Virus record (IMG/VR): IMGVR_UViG_3300017963_000254
Location: 1-64,000 of that record
Length of the DNA: 64,000 nt
DNA from: a virus
Strand: one strand, 5' to 3'
Positions 7,401 through 15,835 of this stretch are shown in pieces. The stretch's first letter is position 1. The number at the start of each line of letters is the position of its first letter. The translations under genes and the position numbers were made by a program. The notes below the pieces were generated by a model. It was not told where the DNA came from, did no database searches, and saw only the letters and a list, made by a program, of their open reading frames with translations.

Positions 7401-9425
7401 GCTGCCGGACCTGGCGGAGATCCTGCCGGAGTTCCCGACGTACGTGAGGCGGGCGCGCTCCAAGGGGTTCGTGCTCTCGCGGGAGTCGTTCCAGGCCGCG
7501 TTCGTGGACAGCGATCTGACGCAGGAGGAGGCGAAGGAGCGGTTCGGCATCGCGCACCAGTCGATGATTCGAGCCGTGAAGCTCTACCGCGAGTTCTCGG
7601 GCCAGCTCAAGGCCAAGCAGGCGCGGCTCATCAGCGCCCGCAAGCTGTCGGCGGAGCCGTTCTTCCCGCAGGAGGAGCTGGAGCGTCGGCTGTCGGCTGG
7701 GATGAGCGTGGAGGAGGTCGCAGCCGATTTGGGAGTCGGGTCATCGCTGGTCCTGATGGATCTGCGGCATCACGGGATCGCGCAGTCGAGCGGGAACGCT
7801 TCGCACTGGCTGGACAGCTTGTCGCAGCCGGAGCTGGATGCGCTGTCGCTGGTGAACCCGGCGATGGGAGCGCTGATCGGGGACGCGGCTACGGACTTTC
7901 CGGCGATGGTCGAGACGTACCAGCGGCTCGCGGAGCTTGCCGCGCTGCTCAAGGCGAGCTGGTCAACGCTCAAGGCGTTGCAGGTGCGCGGCGAGCTGCC
8001 GAAGGCCGCGCTGACCTTTGCCGCGAACGCGCAGGAGATGCGCCTGTCGCGCGCGCTGACGGCGGCCGGGATTCCGCACACACGACTGCTCTGCTTCCAC
8101 AAAAACTGGCAAGCGGACTTCGCGTGGCCGGAGAAGAAGCTGATGGTCGAGGTCGATGGCGAGTTTCACCGGAAGTGCGGGACGACCAAGAAGCGGGACG
8201 CCAGGAAGGCGCGCAAGGCGAAGCAGCTCGGCTACCGAGTCCTGCGCTTCACGACCGAGCAGGTGGACCGGGAGCTGCCGACCGTGGTGCGGCGGATCGC
8301 GGGCGCGCTTGGATGCGCGTTGCCGCGATCACTCCGGTTGGGGTAGAGACCGTCTGGGACATCACGGTCGAGGACGACGAAAGCTACGTCGCGCACGGGT
8401 TCCTGAACCACAACAGCAGCGATCCGGTCAATCTCCAGAACCAGCCGCGCGACCGCAACCTGATCCGCAAGGCGTTCTGCGCCTACTTCGAGGATGAGCT
8501 GGAGCCGGACATGCTCCTGTTCGGTGCCGACTACGGCCAGGTCGAGCTTCGCGTGGCCGCGCACCTGAGCGGCGACGAGGGCATGACCGAGGTCTACCAG
8601 ACCGGCAAGCCGTGCACGCGCGGCCCCGGCGGCGGCGCCTGCGAGCGCTACAAGTGGTGGGAGTGCGAGAACAAGGACGACGACGGGAACTACTGCGGGT
8701 ACACGTGGGTCCCGGAGCAGTGGGATCCGAAGAAGCCCGGCGCCCCTCTCACGTGCCCCAAGTGCGGCGGGCCGGAGATCGGTCATCAGAAGCGGTGCCG
8801 GCACGTCGACCTGCACCAGCGCACGGCCGAGGATGTCGGAGTTCCGAGAAACCCGCTCGCGAAGAACGCGAACTTCGGCTTGCTCTACCGGATGGCCGCT
8901 CCTCGGTTCTGCCAGTACGCTGATCTCTACGACGATCGCGGCGAGCCGATGATCGACTACGCGCAGTCGTTGATCGACGGATGGTTCGCGGCCTACCCGG
9001 CGATCCAGCCGTTCCACGACCGCACCGAGCGCTGGCTGCGCCAGAACGGCTGGTACGCCTGCACACTGACCGGCCGGCGTCGCCGGCTCGACCGGGAGCG
9101 ATGGAAGAACGAGTACCGTGCGGTCACGCAGGGCATCCAGTTTCGCGTCAGCGGTTCGGCACAGGACATTCTCAAGCGTGCCATGGTGGACATCGCCCAG
9201 GAGCGTGAGCGGAGGATCTTCTGGTCGCGGCCAGCTGAGAGCAAGCTCTGGCGAAGGCTCCGCTACATCATCCAGGTGCACGACGAGGTCATGCTCCAGG
9301 GGCCGGCGGTGCTCAAGGACGAGACGATCGATCTGATCAACACGAAGATGTGCGGCGCGGCCACGTTGAGCGTGCCTCTGACGGCGGACTGCAAAAGCGG
9401 GCGCACTTGGGATGACATTCACTGA
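4500..9425 (+). CDS. polA: Family A DNA polymerase (3'-5' exonuclease plus polymerase) with two inteins
   Basis: ExoI FDLETTG, ExoII AHN|CKFD, ExoIII YAMED, RLS|SSDPVNLQN, motif A ADYGQVELR, motif B AKNANFGLLY, motif C QVHDE. Confidence 0.95.
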   Translation: MPQLIKDIDTGDVEPVRLIDTARSRGAFVFDLETTGLVPRRDRIEGIAFYVPPDEPTQTPELRAWYPFIPDSYRTWVQPDDGGKPIVKNLRAAMPQAETMAALRPLFEESPGTIAVAHNCLQYNTRVLLADGSTELIGKIVNQRLPVSVMSWDGERFVAKRVTNWWRNGRRDDWYKLTLSHKPVGACLYVTGDHEVYLSNEEKRRVADLRPGDVLLRSEPLLSPAQKQVVLGTALGDGSFTRTSASVSHFLSVGHAPSQEEYLDWKVRMLGRMVSSRWEEANNRGFSAADGRIIKLRTINSEQFSRAAETVVVNGRRRISEEVLENLDARGLAVWYMDDGSVCVRRGALSAVRLHVYAYPIDDVERLCHWLAERWSIIAKKRKKTDRGEFKGYYIEMTGENALAFSKLVAPFVVPSMSYKLAPGDRGAFVDWTERFEHPSPATVVSVGRCGMPSSYSRVGFDLEVEDTHRYFASGILVSNCKFDVAFLKYASGCARGYWMERSAVDQLGNLVRDDANEDPAQWWCNGLLLADSMLADFLCDENLYQYGLKHRVKDVLGHEMTTYVDVARTRKQGVLSFMADDVQTLGYYAMEDCYWTWRLFEDRMRELDSQTPGKPIPEEAVDALAWLYEEGLKLSPFDKTRAMGNLERLFWGIDMRICQILEEMESTGILIDWKWLRQVTKDLEEKKEKIIRRIEERIGWTLNPNSQPQVSALLFSAKEHGGLGLNSKGIKRGKSGGISTGSKEIGHLRRADPIVADILDWRSADTVRANFSEKLARIAQEEPDCRVYSHFNQTGTVIHRLSCIAGSSKLAVRVGNDEYKRSTRISELLRFSGQTVTIETHKGRERRITHLVNKGPGFMFDVETDDGCKIRCTADHRFLTERGWRALKDIRVGDRLVRAELRAAPAAGGRTTLGSGSAVVPADLREGHAGGALEDPGLRAVERDRAGLQGDLRLGVPAPVSGNADEAAGPGGDPAGVPDVREAGALQGVRALAGVVPGRVRGQRSDAGGGEGAVRHRAPVDDSSREALPRVLGPAQGQAGAAHQRPQAVGGAVLPAGGAGASAVGWDERGGGRSRFGSRVIAGPDGSAASRDRAVERERFALAGQLVAAGAGCAVAGEPGDGSADRGRGYGLSGDGRDVPAARGACRAAQGELVNAQGVAGARRAAEGRADLCRERAGDAPVARADGGRDSAHTTALLPQKLASGLRVAGEEADGRGRWRVSPEVRDDQEAGRQEGAQGEAARLPSPALHDRAGGPGAADRGAADRGRAWMRVAAITPVGVETVWDITVEDDESYVAHGFLNHNSSDPVNLQNQPRDRNLIRKAFCAYFEDELEPDMLLFGADYGQVELRVAAHLSGDEGMTEVYQTGKPCTRGPGGGACERYKWWECENKDDDGNYCGYTWVPEQWDPKKPGAPLTCPKCGGPEIGHQKRCRHVDLHQRTAEDVGVPRNPLAKNANFGLLYRMAAPRFCQYADLYDDRGEPMIDYAQSLIDGWFAAYPAIQPFHDRTERWLRQNGWYACTLTGRRRRLDRERWKNEYRAVTQGIQFRVSGSAQDILKRAMVDIAQERERRIFWSRPAESKLWRRLRYIIQVHDEVMLQGPAVLKDETIDLINTKMCGAATLSVPLTADCKSGRTWDDIH
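4857..5939 (+). mobile_element. Intein Pol-1 (361 aa) with LAGLIDADG endonuclease
   Basis: Starts CLQYNTRV, block B VTGDH, LGTALGDG and AVWYMDDG, ends SGILVSN|C; splits ExoII. Confidence 0.93.
6909..8414 (+). mobile_element. Intein Pol-2 (502 aa); endonuclease lies in an alternative frame
   Basis: Starts CIAGSS, block B CTADHRF, ends VWDITVEDDESYVAHGFLNHN|S; central ~370 aa are low-complexity Ala/Gly/Arg in the intein frame. Confidence 0.9.
7174..8346 (+). CDS. Nested +1-frame DUF559/Vsr-like endonuclease with HTH-like segments, inside intein Pol-2
   Basis: C-terminus WQADFAWPEKKLMVEVDGEFH...RDARK...LGYRVLRF; GC-rich third positions fall in this frame; AAGGA 5 nt before GTG7174 (alternative TTG7189). 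Confidence 0.85.
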   Translation: MSGTGLFEPSYVRLLRPVDGRRWVLDRPSFLRIFVKDTRAVRWKIPDYGLSNGIALVCKAIYGWEFPHLFRGTPTKLPDLAEILPEFPTYVRRARSKGFVLSRESFQAAFVDSDLTQEEAKERFGIAHQSMIRAVKLYREFSGQLKAKQARLISARKLSAEPFFPQEELERRLSAGMSVEEVAADLGVGSSLVLMDLRHHGIAQSSGNASHWLDSLSQPELDALSLVNPAMGALIGDAATDFPAMVETYQRLAELAALLKASWSTLKALQVRGELPKAALTFAANAQEMRLSRALTAAGIPHTRLLCFHKNWQADFAWPEKKLMVEVDGEFHRKCGTTKKRDARKARKAKQLGYRVLRFTTEQVDRELPTVVRRIAGALGCALPRSLRLG

Positions 9426-9479
9426 GTAAGTAGTTGTGACTGTTGAGCTTATGAGTAACTGCTGTGATGGAGGTGTTCA

Positions 9480-10133
9480 GCGAAAGGCTACAGCATCCTC
9501 AACGTCCACGAAGACGAGATTCTCCGGCGCGTTCGCGCCGGGGAATCGCTGCCCAAGATCGCGGCCGACTTCGATACGACGCACACCAACCTGCACAGGT
9601 GGCTCGGGACCACCGGCATTCGGGAGGAGCAGATCAAGTGCGTCCTCATCGAGTGTGACGAGATGTTCCCGTGGAAGCCGGTCAAACTGGCCTGCTGTCG
9701 TAAGCACATCAAGCGGTACAACGCGCGGGGAAAGTCGCCAGGCGAGCTGCTTCCGTGCTGCCTGCCCGAGTGCGACGAGCTGGTGCTTGTTCCTAATCGC
9801 GTCGATGGGCAGCTGTGGTGGTGCTGCCGAAAACATGGCAACGCGCATTACAAGCGAATCGAGACCGGCTTCTACGATCGACTGCGCGATCCTGGTTACC
9901 GATGCGCCGGGCGGAATCCGAATGGTCGCCCATGCTCCGAGCGCTACTGCATCGACGAGCACCATACGGTGTTCAAGAACGGCACGAGCCACAAGAAGGG
10001 TCCGGTTATCACGCTCTGCCCGACGCATCACATGGCCCTTCATCGCGGTCTCGCCATCTACGACGAGCGCGGCTATCGGTGGATTGTGCGGGGGATCCTC
10101 GACGGGCTGCGAGCGAAGCATCCAACGCTGTAG
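9480..10133 (+). CDS. HTH plus Cys-rich plus HNH endonuclease; start codon apparently degenerate (GCG)
   Basis: C-terminal IDEHH...ITLCPTHHMALH; frame stays open upstream of ATG9663 through an HTH (ESLPKIAADFDTTHTNLHRWL) to GGAGGT SD at 9469-9474. Confidence 0.7.
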   Translation, partial: AKGYSILNVHEDEILRRVRAGESLPKIAADFDTTHTNLHRWLGTTGIREEQIKCVLIECDEMFPWKPVKLACCRKHIKRYNARGKSPGELLPCCLPECDELVLVPNRVDGQLWWCCRKHGNAHYKRIETGFYDRLRDPGYRCAGRNPNGRPCSERYCIDEHHTVFKNGTSHKKGPVITLCPTHHMALHRGLAIYDERGYRWIVRGILDGLRAKHPTL

Positions 10134-10142
10134 GAGGAGCTG

Positions 10143-10391
10143 GTGAGTAACGAGAAAGTGTTCGCGAAGGTGATCGGCAGCCCCTATCCGACATCCGTTG
10201 GTTTCGTTGTCTCCTGCGCGCGCGGCGAAACAAGGGTCTACGTTGGTGAGGTGAGCATCGAGAGGGCCATGCCGACAACGCGGTTCGTGCTCCAGAAGAA
10301 GGATGCGCGCGTATTCACCAGAGAAGCGGCCGAGGCGCTGGGCGGCGTGCTCTTCCAGCGCGAGACCGAGATCGAGCCGGCTGATGCCTAA
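10143..10391 (+). CDS. Hypothetical protein
   Basis: AGGAGG SD; fills gap between genes. Confidence 0.6.
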   Translation: MSNEKVFAKVIGSPYPTSVGFVVSCARGETRVYVGEVSIERAMPTTRFVLQKKDARVFTREAAEALGGVLFQRETEIEPADA

Positions 10392-11790
10392 GCCGACCGA
10401 CTACCCCAAGACGGCTCTCACCAAGCTGAAGCTCGACAAGAAGGTCAAAGCGCTCGTGCCCCGGCCCTCGAAAGAGGACCGGGCCGCGCTCAAGGCCGGG
10501 CTCAAGGCCGAGGGGCAGAAGAAGCCTGTCACGGTGCTACCCGACCTGACCCTGGTGGACGGCTACACGCGTGTCGAGCTGCTGAAGGAGCTGGGCGTCG
10601 AGCGGATCATGTACGAGGTCGTGGACGCCTTCCCGACCGATGCCGAGCTGCACCTCTACGCGATCTCGACCAACCTCGAGCGGCGCCAGCTAGACGACTT
10701 CCAGCGCGGGGAGCTGATCCTCTCGCGCCAGGCGATCGTTGATCGGGTCCAGGCCGAGGCGGCGAAGGCCAAGGCAGCTGGACAGCGGAAGGGCGGCGCG
10801 GCCACCAAGGGAGTGCCGAAGCGGAAGAAGGACGCACCGGAACGCTCCGGGAACACTCGTCCCCCGAGCGTTCGGAAGGAGGAGGATCGAGGTCCGCGCT
10901 CTCGCGATGTGCTCGCCAAGGCCGGTGGCCTGAAGTCGGGCCGGCAGCTCGAGAAGATCGCCAAGATCAAGAAGGCCGGCTCCACCGAGCAGCAGGAGCG
11001 GGTGCGCTCGAAGAAGGCCACGATCAACCAGGTCTACAACGAGATCCGCAAGGCGGAGAGGGCCAAGGAGGCCGCGAAGAAGGCCGCGAAGGTCAAGGAC
11101 GAGGAGCTGGGCGGCCGGATCATCTGCGCCGACGCCTTCGAGATGGAGATCGAGCACCCCGGCACCGTGGACCTGGTGATCGTGGACCCGCCCTACGGGA
11201 TCGCCCACGAGGGCAAGGGCATCAAGCAGGCCGGCGTCATGGTCTCCGTCTCGGAGGCGCTCTCCGAGTGGGGCCTGGAGGACGGCGTCGCGATCCTGAC
11301 CGACAGCCTGGTGCTCATCGACAAGCTGCTGCGAGAAGGCGGGTCGTTCTACCTGTTCATCGACCGGCTGCTGGTGACGACGGCGTGGGACGTCGCGCTC
11401 CAGCTGAAGCTGAAGCCGCGCAACACGGTCTACTGGCGTAAGACGAACCCGACGCCGTCCGGCCGAGGCAATTGGTCGTCGGCGGTCGAGGTCATGATCT
11501 ACGGAACCAAGCCGGGGAAGAAGCATACGTGGAACCTGTCCGGTGACGCTCCCAACTTCATCGAGACACCGGTGGCCGCCGGCAAGGAGCGTGTCGATCA
11601 CCCGACCCAGAAGCCGGTGAAGCTCTACTCGAAGCTCATCGAGGCCAGCTCCAACCCCGGTGACCTGGTCTGCGACTTCATGGCCGGGTCTGGGACGTGC
11701 GGGGTCGCGGCCCGCGAGCTGAAGCGCCCGTTCGTGCTCGTGGAGAAGCTGAAGAAGAACGTGAACACCATCAAGGCGAGGTTGGCATGA
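10384..11790 (+). CDS. ParB-like N-terminal domain fused to N6-A/N4-C DNA methyltransferase
   Basis: LVDGYTR...NLERRQL; IVDPPY; HPTQKP; DFMAGSGT. Confidence 0.85.
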   Translation: MPKPTDYPKTALTKLKLDKKVKALVPRPSKEDRAALKAGLKAEGQKKPVTVLPDLTLVDGYTRVELLKELGVERIMYEVVDAFPTDAELHLYAISTNLERRQLDDFQRGELILSRQAIVDRVQAEAAKAKAAGQRKGGAATKGVPKRKKDAPERSGNTRPPSVRKEEDRGPRSRDVLAKAGGLKSGRQLEKIAKIKKAGSTEQQERVRSKKATINQVYNEIRKAERAKEAAKKAAKVKDEELGGRIICADAFEMEIEHPGTVDLVIVDPPYGIAHEGKGIKQAGVMVSVSEALSEWGLEDGVAILTDSLVLIDKLLREGGSFYLFIDRLLVTTAWDVALQLKLKPRNTVYWRKTNPTPSGRGNWSSAVEVMIYGTKPGKKHTWNLSGDAPNFIETPVAAGKERVDHPTQKPVKLYSKLIEASSNPGDLVCDFMAGSGTCGVAARELKRPFVLVEKLKKNVNTIKARLA

Positions 11791-12365
11791 GCGCTTTCTT
11801 CTGCACCTGCGGCCGGAAGATCCCCGACAACCTGGTGATCCGCCTCATCCAAGGCGGCGTCACGCTCGACTGCACCGACTGCGGGAAGAAGTGGACTCGC
11901 GGCGCGATCCTCGACCACGGGCTCCAGTGCCCGGTCTGCTCGAGCCGGCTCCAGCGATACCACCGGAAGATCAACTCGGGGATGGCGCGTGTCCTGTTCG
12001 AGCTGTGGTCGCTCTCGGAGCGCGACCTGACCGCCGAGTGGTGGCACCATCGCCAGTTCGATCGCTTCGGCTCGCGCGAGGTCCACAAGCTCGTCTGGTG
12101 GCGCTTCGTCGAGCAGAAGCCAGCCGATCCAGAGGAGACGAAGAAGAAGACGTCCGGCTACTGGCGAATCACCGAGGAGGGCCGCAAGTACGCGTCCGGC
12201 CTTTCGGCTGCCAAGCCGATCGCGATCGTCTACCAGGGAAAGCTGGTCGGCTTCGAGGGAACGCCGGAGCGAATCAGCGGTGCGTTCGGCGAGAAGTTCG
12301 ACTACGGCGAGCTGATGACGGCGCACAAGGCAGGTGAGCTGACGGCGACGACGGGGGCCTCGTAG
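11787..12365 (+). CDS. Zn-ribbon plus winged-helix-like protein
   Basis: CTCG, CTDCG, CPVC; SGYWRITEEG wing. Confidence 0.55.
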   Translation: MSAFFCTCGRKIPDNLVIRLIQGGVTLDCTDCGKKWTRGAILDHGLQCPVCSSRLQRYHRKINSGMARVLFELWSLSERDLTAEWWHHRQFDRFGSREVHKLVWWRFVEQKPADPEETKKKTSGYWRITEEGRKYASGLSAAKPIAIVYQGKLVGFEGTPERISGAFGEKFDYGELMTAHKAGELTATTGAS

Positions 12366-12435
12366 AACACTCGGGCGCGGGGGAGGTCCCCGCGTCTTCC
12401 AGGCAAGCCCAGGCGAAAAGCTAGGAGGTGAGGCG

Positions 12436-12612
12436 ATGTCCGGCGGTGCGTATGGCGTGCGAGCGAGTGAGAGGGAGAAGGCGAGGATCATGAGGCTCCA
12501 CGAGGAGGGGCTGAACTACGAACAGATCGCTCGGCGGTTCGACCTTACCGCGAGGTCGGTCTCGAGGATCGTCAAGCGAGAGAAGGCGAAGGGAGAGAAG
12601 CAGCCGGCGTGA
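12436..12612 (+). CDS. Small HTH protein (58 aa, absent from ORF track)
   Basis: AGGAGGT SD; IMRLHEEGLNYEQIARRFDLTARSVSRIV. Confidence 0.75.
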   Translation: MSGGAYGVRASEREKARIMRLHEEGLNYEQIARRFDLTARSVSRIVKREKAKGEKQPA

Positions 12613-12881
12613 GTCTCGTTCGGGCGTCGTGCCAGTTCTGTCGCGGTCCGGTCTGGGCGGATGACCGGGGTACGATGGAGCTGCACAAGGACGCAAGGGG
12701 CGCGACATGTGAGGGGGCAGGCCGCCGGATTGACCGGAGCCTGATCCCCTCATGGCACCCGATGCACTCGTGCGGGATTCACTGCGACGGCCAGGACGGC
12801 ATGTTCTCTCGCTGCAACCAGGCGAGGCTGCGAGGGCCACCGTCGGCTGTCGATCAACTCAGCAAGCTGGTGGATGAATGA
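12609..12881 (+). CDS. Small Cys/His-rich protein ending in SAVDQL motif
   Basis: GTGA overlap; CQFC..H..C; C-terminal PPSAVDQLSKLVDE. Confidence 0.6.
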   Translation: MSLVRASCQFCRGPVWADDRGTMELHKDARGATCEGAGRRIDRSLIPSWHPMHSCGIHCDGQDGMFSRCNQARLRGPPSAVDQLSKLVDE

Positions 12882-13264
12882 GCAAGCTGCGTCGGCAACG
12901 AGCGTTCGAGGACGCCGAGATCCAGTCCAAGCTCCCCGAGGCCGACGCGCCTCAGTCGCGCGCGGTCAGCGCTGGCGATGTTTCTGGCGATCTGCTCACG
13001 ACCGATGATGTCCACCAGCCCTATTGGAACCTGGTGGACTACGGCTTCGACGAGCAGATCGGCCGGCGGTCTTACGACTCCTACCGATCCAGGCTCACCA
13101 TGGTCTGGTCCGAGATCGACCGCGTGCTTGCGCCGAACGGGAAGTTCTGCCTGAACGCGCCGATCATGCCGCTGCGGAAGGCGGTCTCGGCCGAGCACTT
13201 CGGCAAGACGCACACGCGGCTGCTCGAAGAGCCATGCGGAGTGAGCCAACTGAGAGCGCGATGA
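12878..13264 (+). pseudogene. Truncated beta-class DNA methyltransferase remnant
   Basis: QPYWNLVDYG...VWSEIDRVLAPNGKFCLN matches the N-terminal half; SPPY eroded, no motif I; followed by lower-GC non-coding tract. Confidence 0.6.
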
Positions 13265-13490
13265 CCAGGGCGACACGGCCACCGGTTCTCGCTTATCTGT
13301 AGTAGTTGCAGTAGGTTGCTTCTCCAAGAGGTCTTGCGTAACCTCTTTAGATTCGTCCGACTTCGTACACAAGATGCCAGCGATGTGTGCTGTCAGCGAA
13401 CAAGTGCGTCGTGGCATTTTGTGAGCCCACTTGATTCCGCTTGGGAGTTGGCGTAGAACCTGAGCGGAACGGTCTCCGACTGGAGGCTGA

Positions 13491-14480
13491 ATGGGAGAGG
13501 CAGAGAAAAGAAAAGTCATCCTTCGAAGCAGGTCTAGGAGCCGGAAGATCGTAACCGAGATCATTACGATCGCGCCGTCGCAGGCCGCGCTGATTCTCGA
13601 ACACCAGAACTATCTGAACAGGACGTTGGTCGAGGAGAGGGCAAAGACCCTCGCCAAGCTGATGACAGACGGCCTGTGGAAGATGAACGGTGACACGATT
13701 CGGTTTGCCATTGGGTCTGTGCGGCTGATGGACGGTCAGCATCGGCTGCGCGCTTGCGTGATCTCCGGGATCCCTCTCACGGTGATCGCGGTGTTCAACC
13801 TGCCCGATGACGCGATGCCGACTATCGACACAGGTGGCGGCAGGACTGCCGCGCAAGCGCTGAACCTCGACCACAAGCAGCGGTTCGGCAAGGGATTCAA
13901 GAACGCCAACGTGACCGCAGCGGTCGTTCGGCTCCTACACGCCTACGACGCTGACCCGCAGATGCCGGCCGTGAACAGGGGTAACTGGGGGAAGATGGCT
14001 CCGATTCGCGTAGTCGGCGCTGTCGACGACTATCCTCGCCTCGACGAGTCCGTCGCGATCGGCGTCGCTGGCGCAAAGGGGTTCTCTCGCACGGGCATGA
14101 CGGCGACGGTCATGGGCTTCGCTCACTACGTGTTCGCGCGGATGAATCGGAAGAGGGCGGACGAGTTCATGGAGGGTCTGATAACAGGTGCGGAGCTGGC
14201 GATCGACGCGCCGGCCTTCGCGCTTCGCAAACGACTCAGCGGCAACACAAGCACCAACCGCCGGGATGGGCCGCTCGGGGCATTCGACGCGATCTACATG
14301 ATCTTCCAGGCGTGGCGCTACTTCTGGAGCGGTGTTCCTCTCCAGAAGTCTCAGACGGCGAAGGCGACCAAGGACGGGTCCAGGCCGGCGCTGCCGGATC
14401 TCTCGAAGAAGGTCACCGAAAAGGAGCGGACCCCTGTGGTCCGCTCCAAGAGGAAGGGTCGACAGAAGTCGACCGTTTAA
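13491..14480 (+). CDS. ParB/Srx-like domain protein
   Basis: WKMNGDTI...LMDGQHRLRA...IDTG..R; GGAGG SD. Confidence 0.7.
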   Translation: MGEAEKRKVILRSRSRSRKIVTEIITIAPSQAALILEHQNYLNRTLVEERAKTLAKLMTDGLWKMNGDTIRFAIGSVRLMDGQHRLRACVISGIPLTVIAVFNLPDDAMPTIDTGGGRTAAQALNLDHKQRFGKGFKNANVTAAVVRLLHAYDADPQMPAVNRGNWGKMAPIRVVGAVDDYPRLDESVAIGVAGAKGFSRTGMTATVMGFAHYVFARMNRKRADEFMEGLITGAELAIDAPAFALRKRLSGNTSTNRRDGPLGAFDAIYMIFQAWRYFWSGVPLQKSQTAKATKDGSRPALPDLSKKVTEKERTPVVRSKRKGRQKSTV

Positions 14481-14496
14481 CCAGGAAACCGTTCCC

Positions 14497-14533
14497 AGAA
14501 CCGCCGCCGCGATACCGGCGGCGGTTTTGTTTT
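14497..14533 (+). terminator. Rho-independent terminator
   Basis: AGAACCGCCGCCG-loop-CGGCGGCGGTTTT then GTTTT. Confidence 0.85.
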
Positions 14534-14595
14534 ATCAGAACGACGCTTTTCTGCCAATAGTCGGCGAATTTGCAAGATGCGCCGTCAGAGCGGTC

Positions 14596-14604
14596 GGGTA
14601 GAGT
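14596..14604 (+). promoter_or_regulatory. GGGTAGAGT promoter-like variant
   Basis: 7 nt before ATG14612, downstream of terminator. Confidence 0.4.
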
Positions 14605-14611
14605 AGGGGTC

Positions 14612-14935
14612 ATGACCGCCGACATCTGGCCGCCGCCCGGCTACTTCTGGTCCAAGAACCCGACCATCACGACGCGGGACAGGACCGACGTGCTCGTTCC
14701 GCTCGAGGCCGTAGCTCTCGGCGAGGTGATGCGCTACCAGCTGCCCGAGACGCCGGCCGAGCCGGGCTCTGTCTTCGTGGACGGCCATCTCTACTCGCTG
14801 GCGACCGGCGAGCTGCTCGACCAGGACGGGACGCTCGCCGGCTCGGTGGACTTCGATACGGGGATGATCGAGATCGACACCTCCGTGAGCCCCGGCCTCA
14901 GCTCGCGCCGCGCCCAGTATGTCGTCGCGGCTTGA
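14612..14935 (+). CDS. Hypothetical beta-rich protein
   Basis: GC3-biased frame; GSVDFDTG repeat-like motif. Confidence 0.55.
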   Translation: MTADIWPPPGYFWSKNPTITTRDRTDVLVPLEAVALGEVMRYQLPETPAEPGSVFVDGHLYSLATGELLDQDGTLAGSVDFDTGMIEIDTSVSPGLSSRRAQYVVAA

Positions 14936-15146
14936 GGTGACCGGCGAGTTCGGCCAGGTCGATACGCCAAACGGTCCGATCTCCAAGCACTACGACGTCG
15001 CGATGGAGCCGCTCCGCGTCCTGCTCATGGAGCCGTCAGCGATCGATCGGCTCGCTGCGCTCGAGGATCCAGAGATCGCCGCGCGAGTGGAGCGGGCCGA
15101 CCGCTTCCAGTCCTACTACGGCGTGATAGACGTCACGGCGCTCTAG
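14919..15146 (+). CDS. Small protein with SAIDRL motif
   Basis: EPSAIDRLAALEDP. Confidence 0.55.
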   Translation: MSSRLEVTGEFGQVDTPNGPISKHYDVAMEPLRVLLMEPSAIDRLAALEDPEIAARVERADRFQSYYGVIDVTAL

Positions 15147-15148
15147 CT

Positions 15149-15157
15149 GGGTAGAAC
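15149..15157 (+). promoter_or_regulatory. GGGTAGAAC promoter-like motif, leaderless spacing
   Basis: Exactly 6 nt before ATG15164. Confidence 0.65.
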
Positions 15158-15163
15158 GAGGGA

Positions 15164-15826
15164 ATGGAGTCCTTCTACCCCAGTGCGATCGTCTCCGGTG
15201 GGCAGACGGGGGCCGACCGTGGTGCCCTGATCGCCGCCGCGATCCTCGGTTACCTCCACGGCGGCTGGTGCACCGACGACCGGAAGGCCGAGGACGGCAA
15301 GATCCCCGACTGCTACCCGATGACGCCGTGCGGATCGAATCGCTACCCCGACCGGACGCGCATGAACGTCGAGTGCTCCGACGCGACGATCGTGTTCACC
15401 AGGGAGGAGCATCCGAGCGGTGGGTCGGCGCTGACCTTGAAGCTGGTGCAGGAGAACCGCCGGCCCGGGATGCACGTGTGGCTCGAGCCCGACCGGCCGA
15501 AGGAGTCCAACGCCCGGGTGGCTCGGGTGATCCGGGCCTGGCTGGCCGAGGTCCGGCCCCGGGACCTGAACATCGCCGGCCAGCGCGAGAGCAAGGCTCC
15601 GGGGATCCAGAACCAGGTCGCAGAGGTGATGCTGCTGGCCCTCCAGAGGCCCTCTCGCTGCCTCTGCGGGCGTGAAATCCCTGATTCGGCCTGGGAGTCG
15701 GCCAGGCCCCAGAACAAGCCGCTCGCGTGCTCCCAGTGCGGCCACGAGACCCGGTGGAGCGACTTCGACCTGACCGGCGTAAGTCTTTCAGAATCGGTGA
15801 CAACCTACGTCGGCTCCTCGGGGTAG
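15164..15826 (+). CDS. SLOG-family / putative molybdenum-carrier-like protein with C-terminal Zn ribbon
   Basis: IVSGGQTGADRGAL, RTRMNVECSDAT, LNIAGQRES; CLCG...CSQCG. Confidence 0.8.
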   Translation: MESFYPSAIVSGGQTGADRGALIAAAILGYLHGGWCTDDRKAEDGKIPDCYPMTPCGSNRYPDRTRMNVECSDATIVFTREEHPSGGSALTLKLVQENRRPGMHVWLEPDRPKESNARVARVIRAWLAEVRPRDLNIAGQRESKAPGIQNQVAEVMLLALQRPSRCLCGREIPDSAWESARPQNKPLACSQCGHETRWSDFDLTGVSLSESVTTYVGSSG

Positions 15827-15829
15827 AAC
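15821..15829 (+). promoter_or_regulatory. GGGTAGAAC promoter-like motif, leaderless spacing
   Basis: 6 nt before ATG15836; its TAG is the upstream stop codon. Confidence 0.65.
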
Positions 15830-15835
15830 GTAGGC

